The notes below the pieces were generated by a model. The model had not been told where the DNA came from. It saw only the letters and a list, made by a program, of their open reading frames with translations, and searched no databases. 64,000 nucleotides of DNA from a virus (Duplodnaviria > Heunggongvirae > Uroviricota > Caudoviricetes), in IMG/VR virus record IMGVR_UViG_3300031760_000015, positions 43,641 through 107,640 of that record, one strand, 5' to 3'. Each line of letters starts with the position of its first letter. Position 1 is the first letter of the stretch. Made by a program: the position numbers and the translations under genes. This document shows positions 1 through 8,539 of the stretch, one piece after another.

Positions 1-82
1 GCTATCGCCTTTTGCGAGATTTGGGAGTAAAAAGAATTTTCTATACTACTACAAGAGGATTTGTAGAGGAGAAATTTAAGTA

Positions 83-304
83 ATGTGTGATTTTTGTGAG
101 AAAATGAAGCCTATTATGCGAACAACTTTTGAAGATGGAACTTATTTACAAGCGACTTTATGCCCAATTTCTTTTAAAGGTAAAGGGCCGTATATCTATA
201 TAGAACATACAACTCCAATAGATGAACATTGTAAAACTTCATACGCAGATGGTATGTTTATAAATTATTGCCCAATGTGCGGAAAGGAATTATGGAATGT
301 GTAA
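83..304 (+). CDS. small Zn-ribbon protein (CxxC ... NYCPxCG family), paralog of 297..485
   Basis: ORF track; CDFC and CPMCG cysteine pairs; tandem paralog shares the INYCPxCG C-terminus. Confidence 0.45.
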   Translation: MCDFCEKMKPIMRTTFEDGTYLQATLCPISFKGKGPYIYIEHTTPIDEHCKTSYADGMFINYCPMCGKELWNV

Positions 305-485
305 GTATTGCGAAAAAGAAAATATTCAGTATATTTTAAATGATGATATTATTTATCTTTATATTATGAATAATAAACATATTCCTCCTCAAATAGTATT
401 TGGAGATTATAATGGAGTAGATTCTTTTCATAGAAATATAACCATAAATTATTGTCCTATTTGTGGAGAAAGGTTGGTAAATTAA
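297..485 (+). CDS. small Zn-ribbon protein (CxxC ... NYCPxCG family)
   Basis: ORF track; CKYC and CPICG; 4-nt overlap with upstream paralog. Confidence 0.45.
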   Translation: MCKYCEKENIQYILNDDIIYLYIMNNKHIPPQIVFGDYNGVDSFHRNITINYCPICGERLVN

Positions 486-486
486 T

Positions 487-1212
487 ATGCTTGATGTAGG
501 TCATGTGTTATATGGTTCTCAAAATTATGGGTTAGATGGTCCAGATTCAGATAAAGATTATAAAGTTTTTCTTTGTCCTGAAGCAGAAGATTTTTATCAC
601 TATAAAAGAGTAGAAAAGAATGATGTTCCAGAATATTTAGATAAAGAACATTATTCTCCTATGGATGTACGAGCTTTTGATAGAAGTCTTTACGTAGGAA
701 ATCCTAATTGTTTGGAAATGCTTTGGAGTAAAGAAACTGAAGATCTTTTTCTTGGTCTTAGAGTATATATGAATGATGCGCGATGTATGTTCGAACAAGG
801 TTATCTTGTTACGGTTTTTCCACAGTTTTTAAGCGCGGTTAAGGGGACTATTTTTAATTCATTTAATCGTTATGATGTAAATCGTAAAAGTGCTTCTCGC
901 GCTACTTTTTGGATGAATTTTGTTCTTAAATTAATGGCAAATGATTTTAAAGTAGAATCTTCTTTTTGGTATGATGAGCCCGCGCGAAAAATGCGTTTTG
1001 ATGAAAGTGTATACTTACCAACATTAGAAGATTTTAAGAAAATGTTTGCTTCTCTTGAAAAACAAGCTTTATGTCAGGCTGAAGAAGTTTATCATAATTT
1101 ACATTCGGAACAACTTCGGGGTTATAAAGGTATGGCAAATAAACTTCAAAAGCAAATGAAAGAATTTGTTTTTGGTAATTTAGTTGAAGAATTAATTGAA
1201 AATGGCTATTAA
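487..1212 (+). CDS. Pol-beta superfamily nucleotidyltransferase (minimal NTase fold) with helical C-terminal half
   Basis: hG[GS]x9-13Dh[DE]h signature: YGSQNYGLDGPDSDKDYKVF near the N-terminus. Confidence 0.55.
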   Translation: MLDVGHVLYGSQNYGLDGPDSDKDYKVFLCPEAEDFYHYKRVEKNDVPEYLDKEHYSPMDVRAFDRSLYVGNPNCLEMLWSKETEDLFLGLRVYMNDARCMFEQGYLVTVFPQFLSAVKGTIFNSFNRYDVNRKSASRATFWMNFVLKLMANDFKVESSFWYDEPARKMRFDESVYLPTLEDFKKMFASLEKQALCQAEEVYHNLHSEQLRGYKGMANKLQKQMKEFVFGNLVEELIENGY

Positions 1213-1225
1213 GGAGTAATAAAAT

Positions 1226-1369
1226 ATGTTTTTAAGTAAAGAAACTATGTTAAAGAAAATTGAATATCGAATTAATCTACTCCGCGCGCGAAGTGAAATT
1301 GTAAATGAGCGTTTAATTAACGCACTAATTCGTGAAGCAAGAAATTTAAAGAATGAGGAGAATAAGTAA
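1226..1369 (+). CDS. small hypothetical protein (47 aa)
   Basis: RBS AAGGAG 8 nt upstream of ATG; below 60-aa track cutoff. Confidence 0.3.
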   Translation: MFLSKETMLKKIEYRINLLRARSEIVNERLINALIREARNLKNEENK

Positions 1370-1838
1370 AATGAGGTATAAGTTTAATAATCATCCAGAA
1401 GATTGTCATTATATTGTAAATGAAGATAAGCGAAAGGTTATTTGTATTATCGAAGATACTGATAGAATTTTTATAAATTTTGCCAATAATAATTTTAAGA
1501 TTCCTTATGATTGTACAGATACTTATATTGGTAATAAAAATAATTTACTTCCAAAGCTTCTTATGCCTAAGCGTTTTTGGGGCGTAGCTACTTGTAGCAA
1601 AAACGATGAATGGGATGAAGAAATAGGTAAGAAGATAGCTTTTTCTAAGGCTAAAGATAAACTAAATAAGAGTTTCGTTAAGCGTGCAAATTTATATGTA
1701 CATACATTTGATAAGTATCTTGATCGCGCAGTTGAAATGCTAAATGGCGTTTGTGGAAAGTTAAATGCTAGTACAGAACATCGTCATAATAAGCTTGATG
1801 CACTTTTAGGAGAAGCAGATGTCGTGTCGGAAAATTAA
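1353..1838 (+). CDS. hypothetical protein
   Basis: ORF track; compact operon spacing. Confidence 0.5.
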   Translation: MRRISKMRYKFNNHPEDCHYIVNEDKRKVICIIEDTDRIFINFANNNFKIPYDCTDTYIGNKNNLLPKLLMPKRFWGVATCSKNDEWDEEIGKKIAFSKAKDKLNKSFVKRANLYVHTFDKYLDRAVEMLNGVCGKLNASTEHRHNKLDALLGEADVVSEN

Positions 1839-2391
1839 TGATAGATATGCCAAGGAAGGTTATATTATTAAAGAAATTAATCTTGATGACTTTCCTTGGC
1901 GAACAGATAAAATGCCTAATTTTCCAAAAGATGGAAATCCAGATATTATTTATAAAATTTTTGAAGAATGTAATGTAAATAGTATAACTCAACAAGCAAT
2001 TATGCAACAATATAATGAGTTATATGTTTATAATGAAGCATCTCCTGAAGAAAGAGAAATTCTTGCTCCACAAGTTAAGGTTGTTTATTCTTTATTAAAT
2101 CTTCCAGATATTTATTATCCAAAGTTTCAACCTTTAATGGATGAAAAAGAAGTTTGGTCTTTAAACGAAAGAGATTTGAGTGTTAAATTAGGTACTAAAC
2201 TTCAATGGTTTGGAATTAATTTTGATAATTATAAAAAATTTGCTAATAAAGTATCTGAATTATGTGAAGAATTTAATTTGCGTGAAGATGATATTCTTTT
2301 AAATCCATCTAATATTGGCTATCATCCCATATTAGGTTTAAGAATAATTGATTATGGATTAACAAATGATAATCAATTATTTGACTTTTAA
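1819..2391 (+). CDS. hypothetical protein, possible kinase-like catalytic loop (NPSNIGYHP ... IIDYG)
   Basis: ORF track; weak motif resemblance only. Confidence 0.4.
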   Translation: MSCRKINDRYAKEGYIIKEINLDDFPWRTDKMPNFPKDGNPDIIYKIFEECNVNSITQQAIMQQYNELYVYNEASPEEREILAPQVKVVYSLLNLPDIYYPKFQPLMDEKEVWSLNERDLSVKLGTKLQWFGINFDNYKKFANKVSELCEEFNLREDDILLNPSNIGYHPILGLRIIDYGLTNDNQLFDF

Positions 2392-2458
2392 ACAATTTTA
2401 TGGTATCATAAACTCAAGATAAGAAATTATCTTTAAAAATACAATAAAGAGGAAAAAT

Positions 2459-2656
2459 ATGAAATTTAATAATGAAGAATCTTATCGTGCTTTTCAAGAA
2501 CCAGAAACTATTGTAACTGAAGAAGATTTTGGATGCGGTTTTTGCTGGGACAGAAAGAAAAAGAAAGAAAAAGAATTATTTTTCTTAGATGCTGCGAATA
2601 ATATGAGAATATGTAATTATTGTCCTTCTTGCGGCAGAAAGTATAATGAAGAGTAA
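2459..2656 (+). CDS. small Zn-ribbon protein (CGFC ... NYCPSCG)
   Basis: same C-terminal NYCPxCG motif as 83..304, 297..485 and 52028..52252. Confidence 0.45.
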   Translation: MKFNNEESYRAFQEPETIVTEEDFGCGFCWDRKKKKEKELFFLDAANNMRICNYCPSCGRKYNEE

Positions 2657-2731
2657 GATTTCTTCTTACTCTTCTTTTTTATTAAGAAGAAGAAAATAGA
2701 AAAATTTTCTTTATGATTACGCACTTTTCTT

Positions 2732-3259
2732 GTGAAAGATATTTCAATCTTGGAGGTTGCTATGAATAGTCTTAATCAAAATATCCCAAATACTGGCTTA
2801 TATAATAATGGTTTATTTAATAATGGAATGAATTATGGGAATTTTAATCCAACTCCTACTCAGGGAAATTTTAATGGAATGAATGCTTATAATTTACCTC
2901 ATTATAATATTATTCAAGTAAATGGCCAGAAAGGTGCTGAAACATTACAAATGGCACCAAATAGTAAAGTTTTACTTTTAGATGAAACAGACCCTTTAAT
3001 ATGGTTTGTTCAAACAGATGGAGCGGGCTATAAAACAGTTACTCCATATTCAATTACTCCATATCAACCCGCGCCTCCTGTAGATTTAAACTCTCTTGAA
3101 CAAAGACTTTCGGTATTGGAGGAAAAAATAAATGCCAAATCCTATTCTGGAACAAATAAACAACGGAAGCAAAACAACCGCAATGAACAATATATATCAG
3201 TTGAAGCAGCAGATACAACCAGCCAAGCAAGCATTGCGGCAAATAATGAGTTTAAGTAA
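2732..3259 (+). CDS. Asn/Gly-rich hypothetical protein
   Basis: ORF track; overlaps 3132..3425 by 128 nt in another frame. Confidence 0.4.
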   Translation: MKDISILEVAMNSLNQNIPNTGLYNNGLFNNGMNYGNFNPTPTQGNFNGMNAYNLPHYNIIQVNGQKGAETLQMAPNSKVLLLDETDPLIWFVQTDGAGYKTVTPYSITPYQPAPPVDLNSLEQRLSVLEEKINAKSYSGTNKQRKQNNRNEQYISVEAADTTSQASIAANNEFK

Positions 3260-3425
3260 TCCACAAATGATGATGAATCAAATGTTAATGAGCAATCCAA
3301 AAGTTCAACAAGCATTAAGTTTTATAAAGCAAACAGGGAATAACCCACAAGAAGCTTTTATAAATTTAGCAAAACAAAAAGGTATAGATCCACAAGAATT
3401 TATGAATGAATTAATGAGTCAGTAA
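3132..3425 (+). CDS. Gln/Asn/Met-rich hypothetical protein
   Basis: strong RBS GGAGG 9 nt upstream of ATG 3132, inside upstream ORF. Confidence 0.4.
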   Translation: MPNPILEQINNGSKTTAMNNIYQLKQQIQPAKQALRQIMSLSNPQMMMNQMLMSNPKVQQALSFIKQTGNNPQEAFINLAKQKGIDPQEFMNELMSQ

Positions 3426-3450
3426 TTAATACTGACTCTTTTATTATGCT

Positions 3451-3475
3451 TAAAATCCGCAATGCGGGTTTTTAT
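3451..3475 (+). terminator. weak rho-independent terminator hairpin (CCGC-AAT-GCGG + T-run)
   Basis: short GC stem followed by TTTTTATT. Confidence 0.35.
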
Positions 3476-3506
3476 TATATATAATAAAAATAAAGAGGTG
3501 TCCCTT

Positions 3507-4232
3507 ATGAATGGTAATGAAGGATTAACTGCTTCCGATGTTGCTTTACTAGCCGGTAATAATGACGGCGGTTTTGGTGGTAATGGTTGGGGCGGCATGA
3601 TTTGGTTATTCGCTATTCTAGCTCTTATGGGCGGCTGGGGTAACGGCGGTTGGGGTGGAAATAATAGCTTTGCTAATGCTATTGGTTATGAAAATCTAGC
3701 TACTTCTAGTGAAGTACAACGTGGTTTTGATAATCAAAATCAAATGGCTAATCAACGTGATATTCTAGCCGCAGTTAATGCCGGCACAGCTCAAGCCGTT
3801 TCCGCGACTAACCAAGCCAAGTATGATAATATTAATGTAGCCAAAGATATTCAAGCCGCGATTATTGCTCAAATTGGTGATGTTCGCAATAATCAAATGC
3901 AACTATTAGCTAATCAAAATGATTGTTGCTGCAGTACTAAAATGGCTTTAATGGACGGCTTCAATAATGTAAATGCTGGTATTGCTCAAGCTCGTTATGA
4001 AAACGCGATGAATACCGCTGCTATTAATCAGACTACCAATGCTGGAGTACAAAAAATTATTGATGCTATTACTGGTAATCGTATGGCTGATATGCAAAAT
4101 CAAATTGATGCTTTACAGCTACAGAATGCTTTAAATGGCGTAGTACGCTATCCTAATGGATGGACTTACAATGCTGGTAATAATCCTTTCTGCGGCAATA
4201 ATGGTTGCGGCTGTAATGGATTTAACATGTAA
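3507..4232 (+). CDS. Gly/Asn-rich protein with GGWG repeats, internal CCC and C-terminal CGNNGCGCNG; GC-biased codon usage
   Basis: ORF track (start moved to ATG 3507 with RBS AAGAGGTG; track start lies in the terminator hairpin); flanked by terminators. Confidence 0.5.
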   Translation: MNGNEGLTASDVALLAGNNDGGFGGNGWGGMIWLFAILALMGGWGNGGWGGNNSFANAIGYENLATSSEVQRGFDNQNQMANQRDILAAVNAGTAQAVSATNQAKYDNINVAKDIQAAIIAQIGDVRNNQMQLLANQNDCCCSTKMALMDGFNNVNAGIAQARYENAMNTAAINQTTNAGVQKIIDAITGNRMADMQNQIDALQLQNALNGVVRYPNGWTYNAGNNPFCGNNGCGCNGFNM

Positions 4233-4272
4233 TTTAAACACCGAACACATCTAGTGTGTCTAGTTTAATACA

Positions 4273-4308
4273 AGAGGCACTTGTTTTCGGGCAAGTGCCT
4301 CTTTTTTT
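4273..4308 (+). terminator. rho-independent terminator
   Basis: perfect 11-bp stem AGAGGCACTTG/CAAGTGCCTCT, loop TTTTCGGG, then TTTTTTT. Confidence 0.7.
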
Positions 4309-4323
4309 GTAGGAGGAATTAAA

Positions 4324-4737
4324 ATGATTCAAGCTTATAGTGATGGCGTAACTGTCGCCGCCAATGGAACTTATCCTTTAAATAATGTTGTTTTTTTAAA
4401 AGGAAATACTGCCGTTGTTGCCGGTGCTGGCGGAATTGCTTTAACAAAACGTGGTATTTATAATGTACATGTTGATGGTTTTGCTACTCTAGCTGCCGCT
4501 GGAGATTACTCTATTCAACTTACTCGTAATGGCGTACCACTACCTCAAGCTATTAGTACCACCACTCTCGCAGCCGCAGGTTCTGCTAACGGAGCTTTTA
4601 ATGCTCTTGTTGTAGTTGAAGAAAGTGATTGTCCTTGTAATTGGACTTCTGCAGCAGTTACTATTGGTATTCTTAATCCAAGTACAGTTGAGGCAACAGA
4701 TGCTCATATTAATATAATTGTTTCTAAACTAATTTAA
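4324..4737 (+). CDS. hypothetical protein, beta-rich (possible structural or jelly-roll domain)
   Basis: ORF track; RBS GGAGG. Confidence 0.5.
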   Translation: MIQAYSDGVTVAANGTYPLNNVVFLKGNTAVVAGAGGIALTKRGIYNVHVDGFATLAAAGDYSIQLTRNGVPLPQAISTTTLAAAGSANGAFNALVVVEESDCPCNWTSAAVTIGILNPSTVEATDAHINIIVSKLI

Positions 4738-4750
4738 GGAGGGATGAGTT

Positions 4751-5617
4751 ATGGCTCAAAATAATCAAGAACTACAAACTCTTTACTCCGAATTAATTAA
4801 TAGAATGAAGCAAGGAGTAGAAATGCATGAGCAATTAGCTGATTATTATGCTTTTCTAAATCTTCCTGGTTATCAAAAATGTCATGAATATCAAATGCTT
4901 TGTGAATTATTAACATATCGTAAAGCAAAAGATATGTATATGAAGGAGTATAATCAATTAGTTCAACCAACTTATATGGTTAGTGGCATGTTGTCTAATA
5001 TGGCTAATATGGCCAATAATAATAACATGGCTAATAATACAAATAATAATAATAACAATAATAACAATTCTAACCAAATGAATCAAAACAATATGAATCA
5101 TAATGGAATGACAAGTATGGCTAATTCAGGTAAAAATTATGCAAATAATGTTATTCCTCAGAATTGGTACAATTATACTCGCTACGATGTTGATGCAGGA
5201 ACTAAGCGTACCGCTGTAAAAGATGGTTTTAAAAAATGGTTAGAATATGAAAAAGAAACTCGTCAATATCTATCTGAAATGGCACAGCGTTTAGAACAAA
5301 TGAATGAACGTGAAGCTGCGAGAAAACTAGATCATTTAATTGAACATGTTGAAAAAGAAATTCAAACTGCTGAAAATAAAATGATGGATTTAGAAAGCAC
5401 TGGATATGATATGGCTTATATTTTACAACAACAAAATGAATTACAACATCATTATGCAGAAAAGATTCGTACAATGAATGATAAAAACTTACAATTCCGT
5501 CGTCGCGGAGAAGGAAATTATGCTAATTATAATTTAAGTGATTATGATGATGAAGAGGAAGATTTTGAATATTATACTCATGAATATCCTCGTTATTATC
5601 GTAGATATTATAAATAA
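4751..5617 (+). CDS. Asn-rich coiled-coil protein with poly-N tract and YYRRYYK C-terminus
   Basis: ORF track; low-complexity AAT codon run 4990-5110. Confidence 0.5.
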   Translation: MAQNNQELQTLYSELINRMKQGVEMHEQLADYYAFLNLPGYQKCHEYQMLCELLTYRKAKDMYMKEYNQLVQPTYMVSGMLSNMANMANNNNMANNTNNNNNNNNNSNQMNQNNMNHNGMTSMANSGKNYANNVIPQNWYNYTRYDVDAGTKRTAVKDGFKKWLEYEKETRQYLSEMAQRLEQMNEREAARKLDHLIEHVEKEIQTAENKMMDLESTGYDMAYILQQQNELQHHYAEKIRTMNDKNLQFRRRGEGNYANYNLSDYDDEEEDFEYYTHEYPRYYRRYYK

Positions 5618-5629
5618 GGTATATAAAAA

Positions 5630-6394
5630 ATGATTAGACTTATACAAAGACGTTTAATCATTCCTCGCGGCGATACTGGATCTTTTTCTGTTCCAATTTT
5701 AGGAACTATGTCTGAAACTGATATAGCAGTTTTTTCGATATTTGATCAACGTATCCGCAAAATAATCTTTTCAAAATATGCTGATTTAGAAGAGAATAAT
5801 TTAAAAATTGACTTTTCTCATATGGATACAGTTAATTTGAAGCCTGGTAAATATGTTTGGGATATAAAAATTTATAAAAATCCGCAATTTATTGATGATA
5901 ATTTAATTGGTGGAGATGAAATAAATTCTTATTATGCAGGTTTTTCTTTGCCAGTTTGTGAAGTAAAAGAAACTGCGGATACTTATTTATGCGGGAAAAA
6001 TAATAATATATTATTTCCTGATAAAATTAATTTTATTAATGATGTGCTAAACGAAGTTAAGGAAATAGCTGTTCAAGCAGAAGAAAGTTCTAAACATTAT
6101 CCAATTATTCAAAATAATTATTGGTATATTTGGGATATTAATCAACAAGGTTATATCAATACAGGGATTAAAGCTAATGGTGATGATAATGTTATTTCAG
6201 TTGACGTTATTGATGCAGATACAATTAAAATAACTTTTTCTAATGGCGGCTTTCAATATATTCCAATTTCAGGTATTGATTCCTTAATAATCGATAATGA
6301 TTTAATTTATGATGCTGGCTCTATAGATGATAATAACGAAGAACCTATTGAAGATTTAATTCTAGATGGTGGTTCTTTAGAAGGAGGGGATTAA
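5630..6394 (+). CDS. hypothetical (probable tail/baseplate-associated) protein
   Basis: ORF track; position upstream of fibre genes. Confidence 0.45.
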   Translation: MIRLIQRRLIIPRGDTGSFSVPILGTMSETDIAVFSIFDQRIRKIIFSKYADLEENNLKIDFSHMDTVNLKPGKYVWDIKIYKNPQFIDDNLIGGDEINSYYAGFSLPVCEVKETADTYLCGKNNNILFPDKINFINDVLNEVKEIAVQAEESSKHYPIIQNNYWYIWDINQQGYINTGIKANGDDNVISVDVIDADTIKITFSNGGFQYIPISGIDSLIIDNDLIYDAGSIDDNNEEPIEDLILDGGSLEGGD

Positions 6395-6395
6395 A

Positions 6396-6728
6396 ATGGC
6401 AGAAATAAAAAGAAATGTCAGAATCTTTCTAAAGAATGGTTTAGAAGAAAATTGGGAAAAAATTACTGATTTTATTCCTGGTAAAGGAGAAATGATTATC
6501 TATAATCCAGATGAACTTCATTCAAGACCAAGAATCAAAATTGGTAATGGAATAGATCTTCCCAAAGATTTACCTTTTGTTATGACAGAAAATGATATAG
6601 ATTTAGATAATATTGTTGCCAATAGGGTTAAAGGAAAATTAACCTTTGGATCAGATGGAGCTTTTGTTTATGATGGCTCTACTGATATAAATGTACCAGT
6701 TTATACTGGTAATTTTGATATAAATTAA
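6396..6728 (+). CDS. small tail-fibre N-terminal-domain protein
   Basis: N-terminal motif IKRNVRIFLKNGLEENW...IPGKGEMIIY...IKIGNG shared with 14674, 15627 and 18806 genes. Confidence 0.5.
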   Translation: MAEIKRNVRIFLKNGLEENWEKITDFIPGKGEMIIYNPDELHSRPRIKIGNGIDLPKDLPFVMTENDIDLDNIVANRVKGKLTFGSDGAFVYDGSTDINVPVYTGNFDIN

Positions 6729-6742
6729 TGGAGGGAAAAATT

Positions 6743-8470
6743 ATGTCTGATTTTATCGTAAAAAATATTGATGAAGAACCCACTTTTGTTTTAGAGCAAG
6801 TTGTTGATCAAGCTTTAGTTAATGATGGTCATATCTTAGTTGACGCAGCTACTAAAAATACTTTCGTAGATAAAAATATTCATATTGATTTAGAAGTTCC
6901 TAATGCTTCTGCTCCAGTACTAGATGTAACTGATATTACTGGTTCTATTACTATGGGAACCGCAACGGACGGTGTTTATTCTCCTGTGGCAAATCTTTCC
7001 GGTACAGTAAATGTAGCTAGTGCTGGTTGGATGTCTGCTGGCAATAAAAATGTTTCCGAAAATGGAGTAAAGATTGGTAAGGTCAATCAATCTACTTTAA
7101 AGAATGGTAATACTGCCATTGCTAGTGGCGCAGAAATTACTCCTTCTGACGAAGATCAAACAATTAATATTTCTGAAGGTTATAATGCTGCTCGTACTGT
7201 TGTTGTTAAAGCCGCAAGTGAAAGTGACCCAGCAACTGTTGTTTCTGGTAACGCTACTGTTTCTACTTTAACTTATACCGCTGATAGTACAAATCACACA
7301 TTTGATATTAGTGGTACTGAAACTATTCCAGCTCCTAGCGTAACTACTCCTGGTTTTATTTCTACAACTAAAGGCACTAAGACTGCTGGTACTGCTACTG
7401 TAGCAGCTACTGTTGATGAAGTTACTGTTGGCGTAATTGCTAGTGAAACTACTAAAAAGGTAAAGCCTGTTATTGCTCGTACAGCTAAGCCTTCTGGCGA
7501 TGCGTGGGTTGATGCTGCTTCTGGCGCCGCAACTACTTCTAAACCAAGTGCTGGAGCTTATGTTCGTGTAGATGCTGCCGCTATTGCTGAAAGCGTAACC
7601 GCAACTGGTAAAGTAAGCCAAGCTGGTTATGGTACTACTACAGATTATCAAGCAGATACTGCTACCACTATTAATGTTGGTTCTAATGCTGCTGATAGTA
7701 CTTATATACCAGTTACTGCTGGTACTGTAACTGCTAATGGCGCTACTGTTAGCTCTGTTGCTTTAGCTTATAATTCCACAGGTGGAAACTTTGATGTTAC
7801 TGGTTCTGCTAATATTCCTGCTCCTACTGTTGGAACTGCTGGTTATGTTGGTGACGGTGTTGGAGCAGCTAATGGTTTATCTAATGGTGCTCAAGTTGCA
7901 GCTACTGTAGCTAAAGTTGGTATTGCTGCTTCTGTTACTGGTGGAAATGCTGTAACTCCTGTTATTTCTAAAGATGCTGCCACTAATGTTGATGCTAGTG
8001 CTGCAACTACTTCTCAACCTTCTGCTGGATTCTATGTAGCTGTTAATACCGCGGCCGATTCCTCTACTGTTAATGCTGCTGCTGCAGTAACTAGCGCAGG
8101 TTATGGTACTACTACTGATGGTCAATATACTACTACTCCTGCTAGTAAGACTGTTACTGTCAATGCAGCTGGAACAACTTATGTACCAATTACTGCTGCT
8201 TCTTTTGCTAATGCAGCAACTAATGGTCAAACTTATACAGATATTTCTAGTACAGCTCCAATTTTAGTATCTGATGATTATCTATATATTAATAAAGGCT
8301 ATACTAATAACGTAAAAATTAGTCTTGCTCAATTAGTACCAGATGATGCTACTATTACTGCTGCGACTGGTGCAGCTTATATGTTAAGCGGACAAAGTGC
8401 TTATGATAGTCAAGGTAAGTTAGTTGTGGGTAGTATTCCAACTTATAGCGGATCTTATACAATTGGTTAA
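6743..8470 (+). CDS. tail fibre-like protein (S/T/A/G-rich, internal repeats SxPSAGxYVxV...AGYGTTTD)
   Basis: composition, internal repeats; C-terminal AYDSQGKLVVGSIPTYSGSYT motif shared with next gene. Confidence 0.55.
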   Translation: MSDFIVKNIDEEPTFVLEQVVDQALVNDGHILVDAATKNTFVDKNIHIDLEVPNASAPVLDVTDITGSITMGTATDGVYSPVANLSGTVNVASAGWMSAGNKNVSENGVKIGKVNQSTLKNGNTAIASGAEITPSDEDQTINISEGYNAARTVVVKAASESDPATVVSGNATVSTLTYTADSTNHTFDISGTETIPAPSVTTPGFISTTKGTKTAGTATVAATVDEVTVGVIASETTKKVKPVIARTAKPSGDAWVDAASGAATTSKPSAGAYVRVDAAAIAESVTATGKVSQAGYGTTTDYQADTATTINVGSNAADSTYIPVTAGTVTANGATVSSVALAYNSTGGNFDVTGSANIPAPTVGTAGYVGDGVGAANGLSNGAQVAATVAKVGIAASVTGGNAVTPVISKDAATNVDASAATTSQPSAGFYVAVNTAADSSTVNAAAAVTSAGYGTTTDGQYTTTPASKTVTVNAAGTTYVPITAASFANAATNGQTYTDISSTAPILVSDDYLYINKGYTNNVKISLAQLVPDDATITAATGAAYMLSGQSAYDSQGKLVVGSIPTYSGSYTIG

Positions 8471-8539
8471 TTATGATATGTGGTTAAGTTTTTAAAACTT
8501 AACCACATTTTTAAAATTATTGTTAAGAAGGTGAGAATA

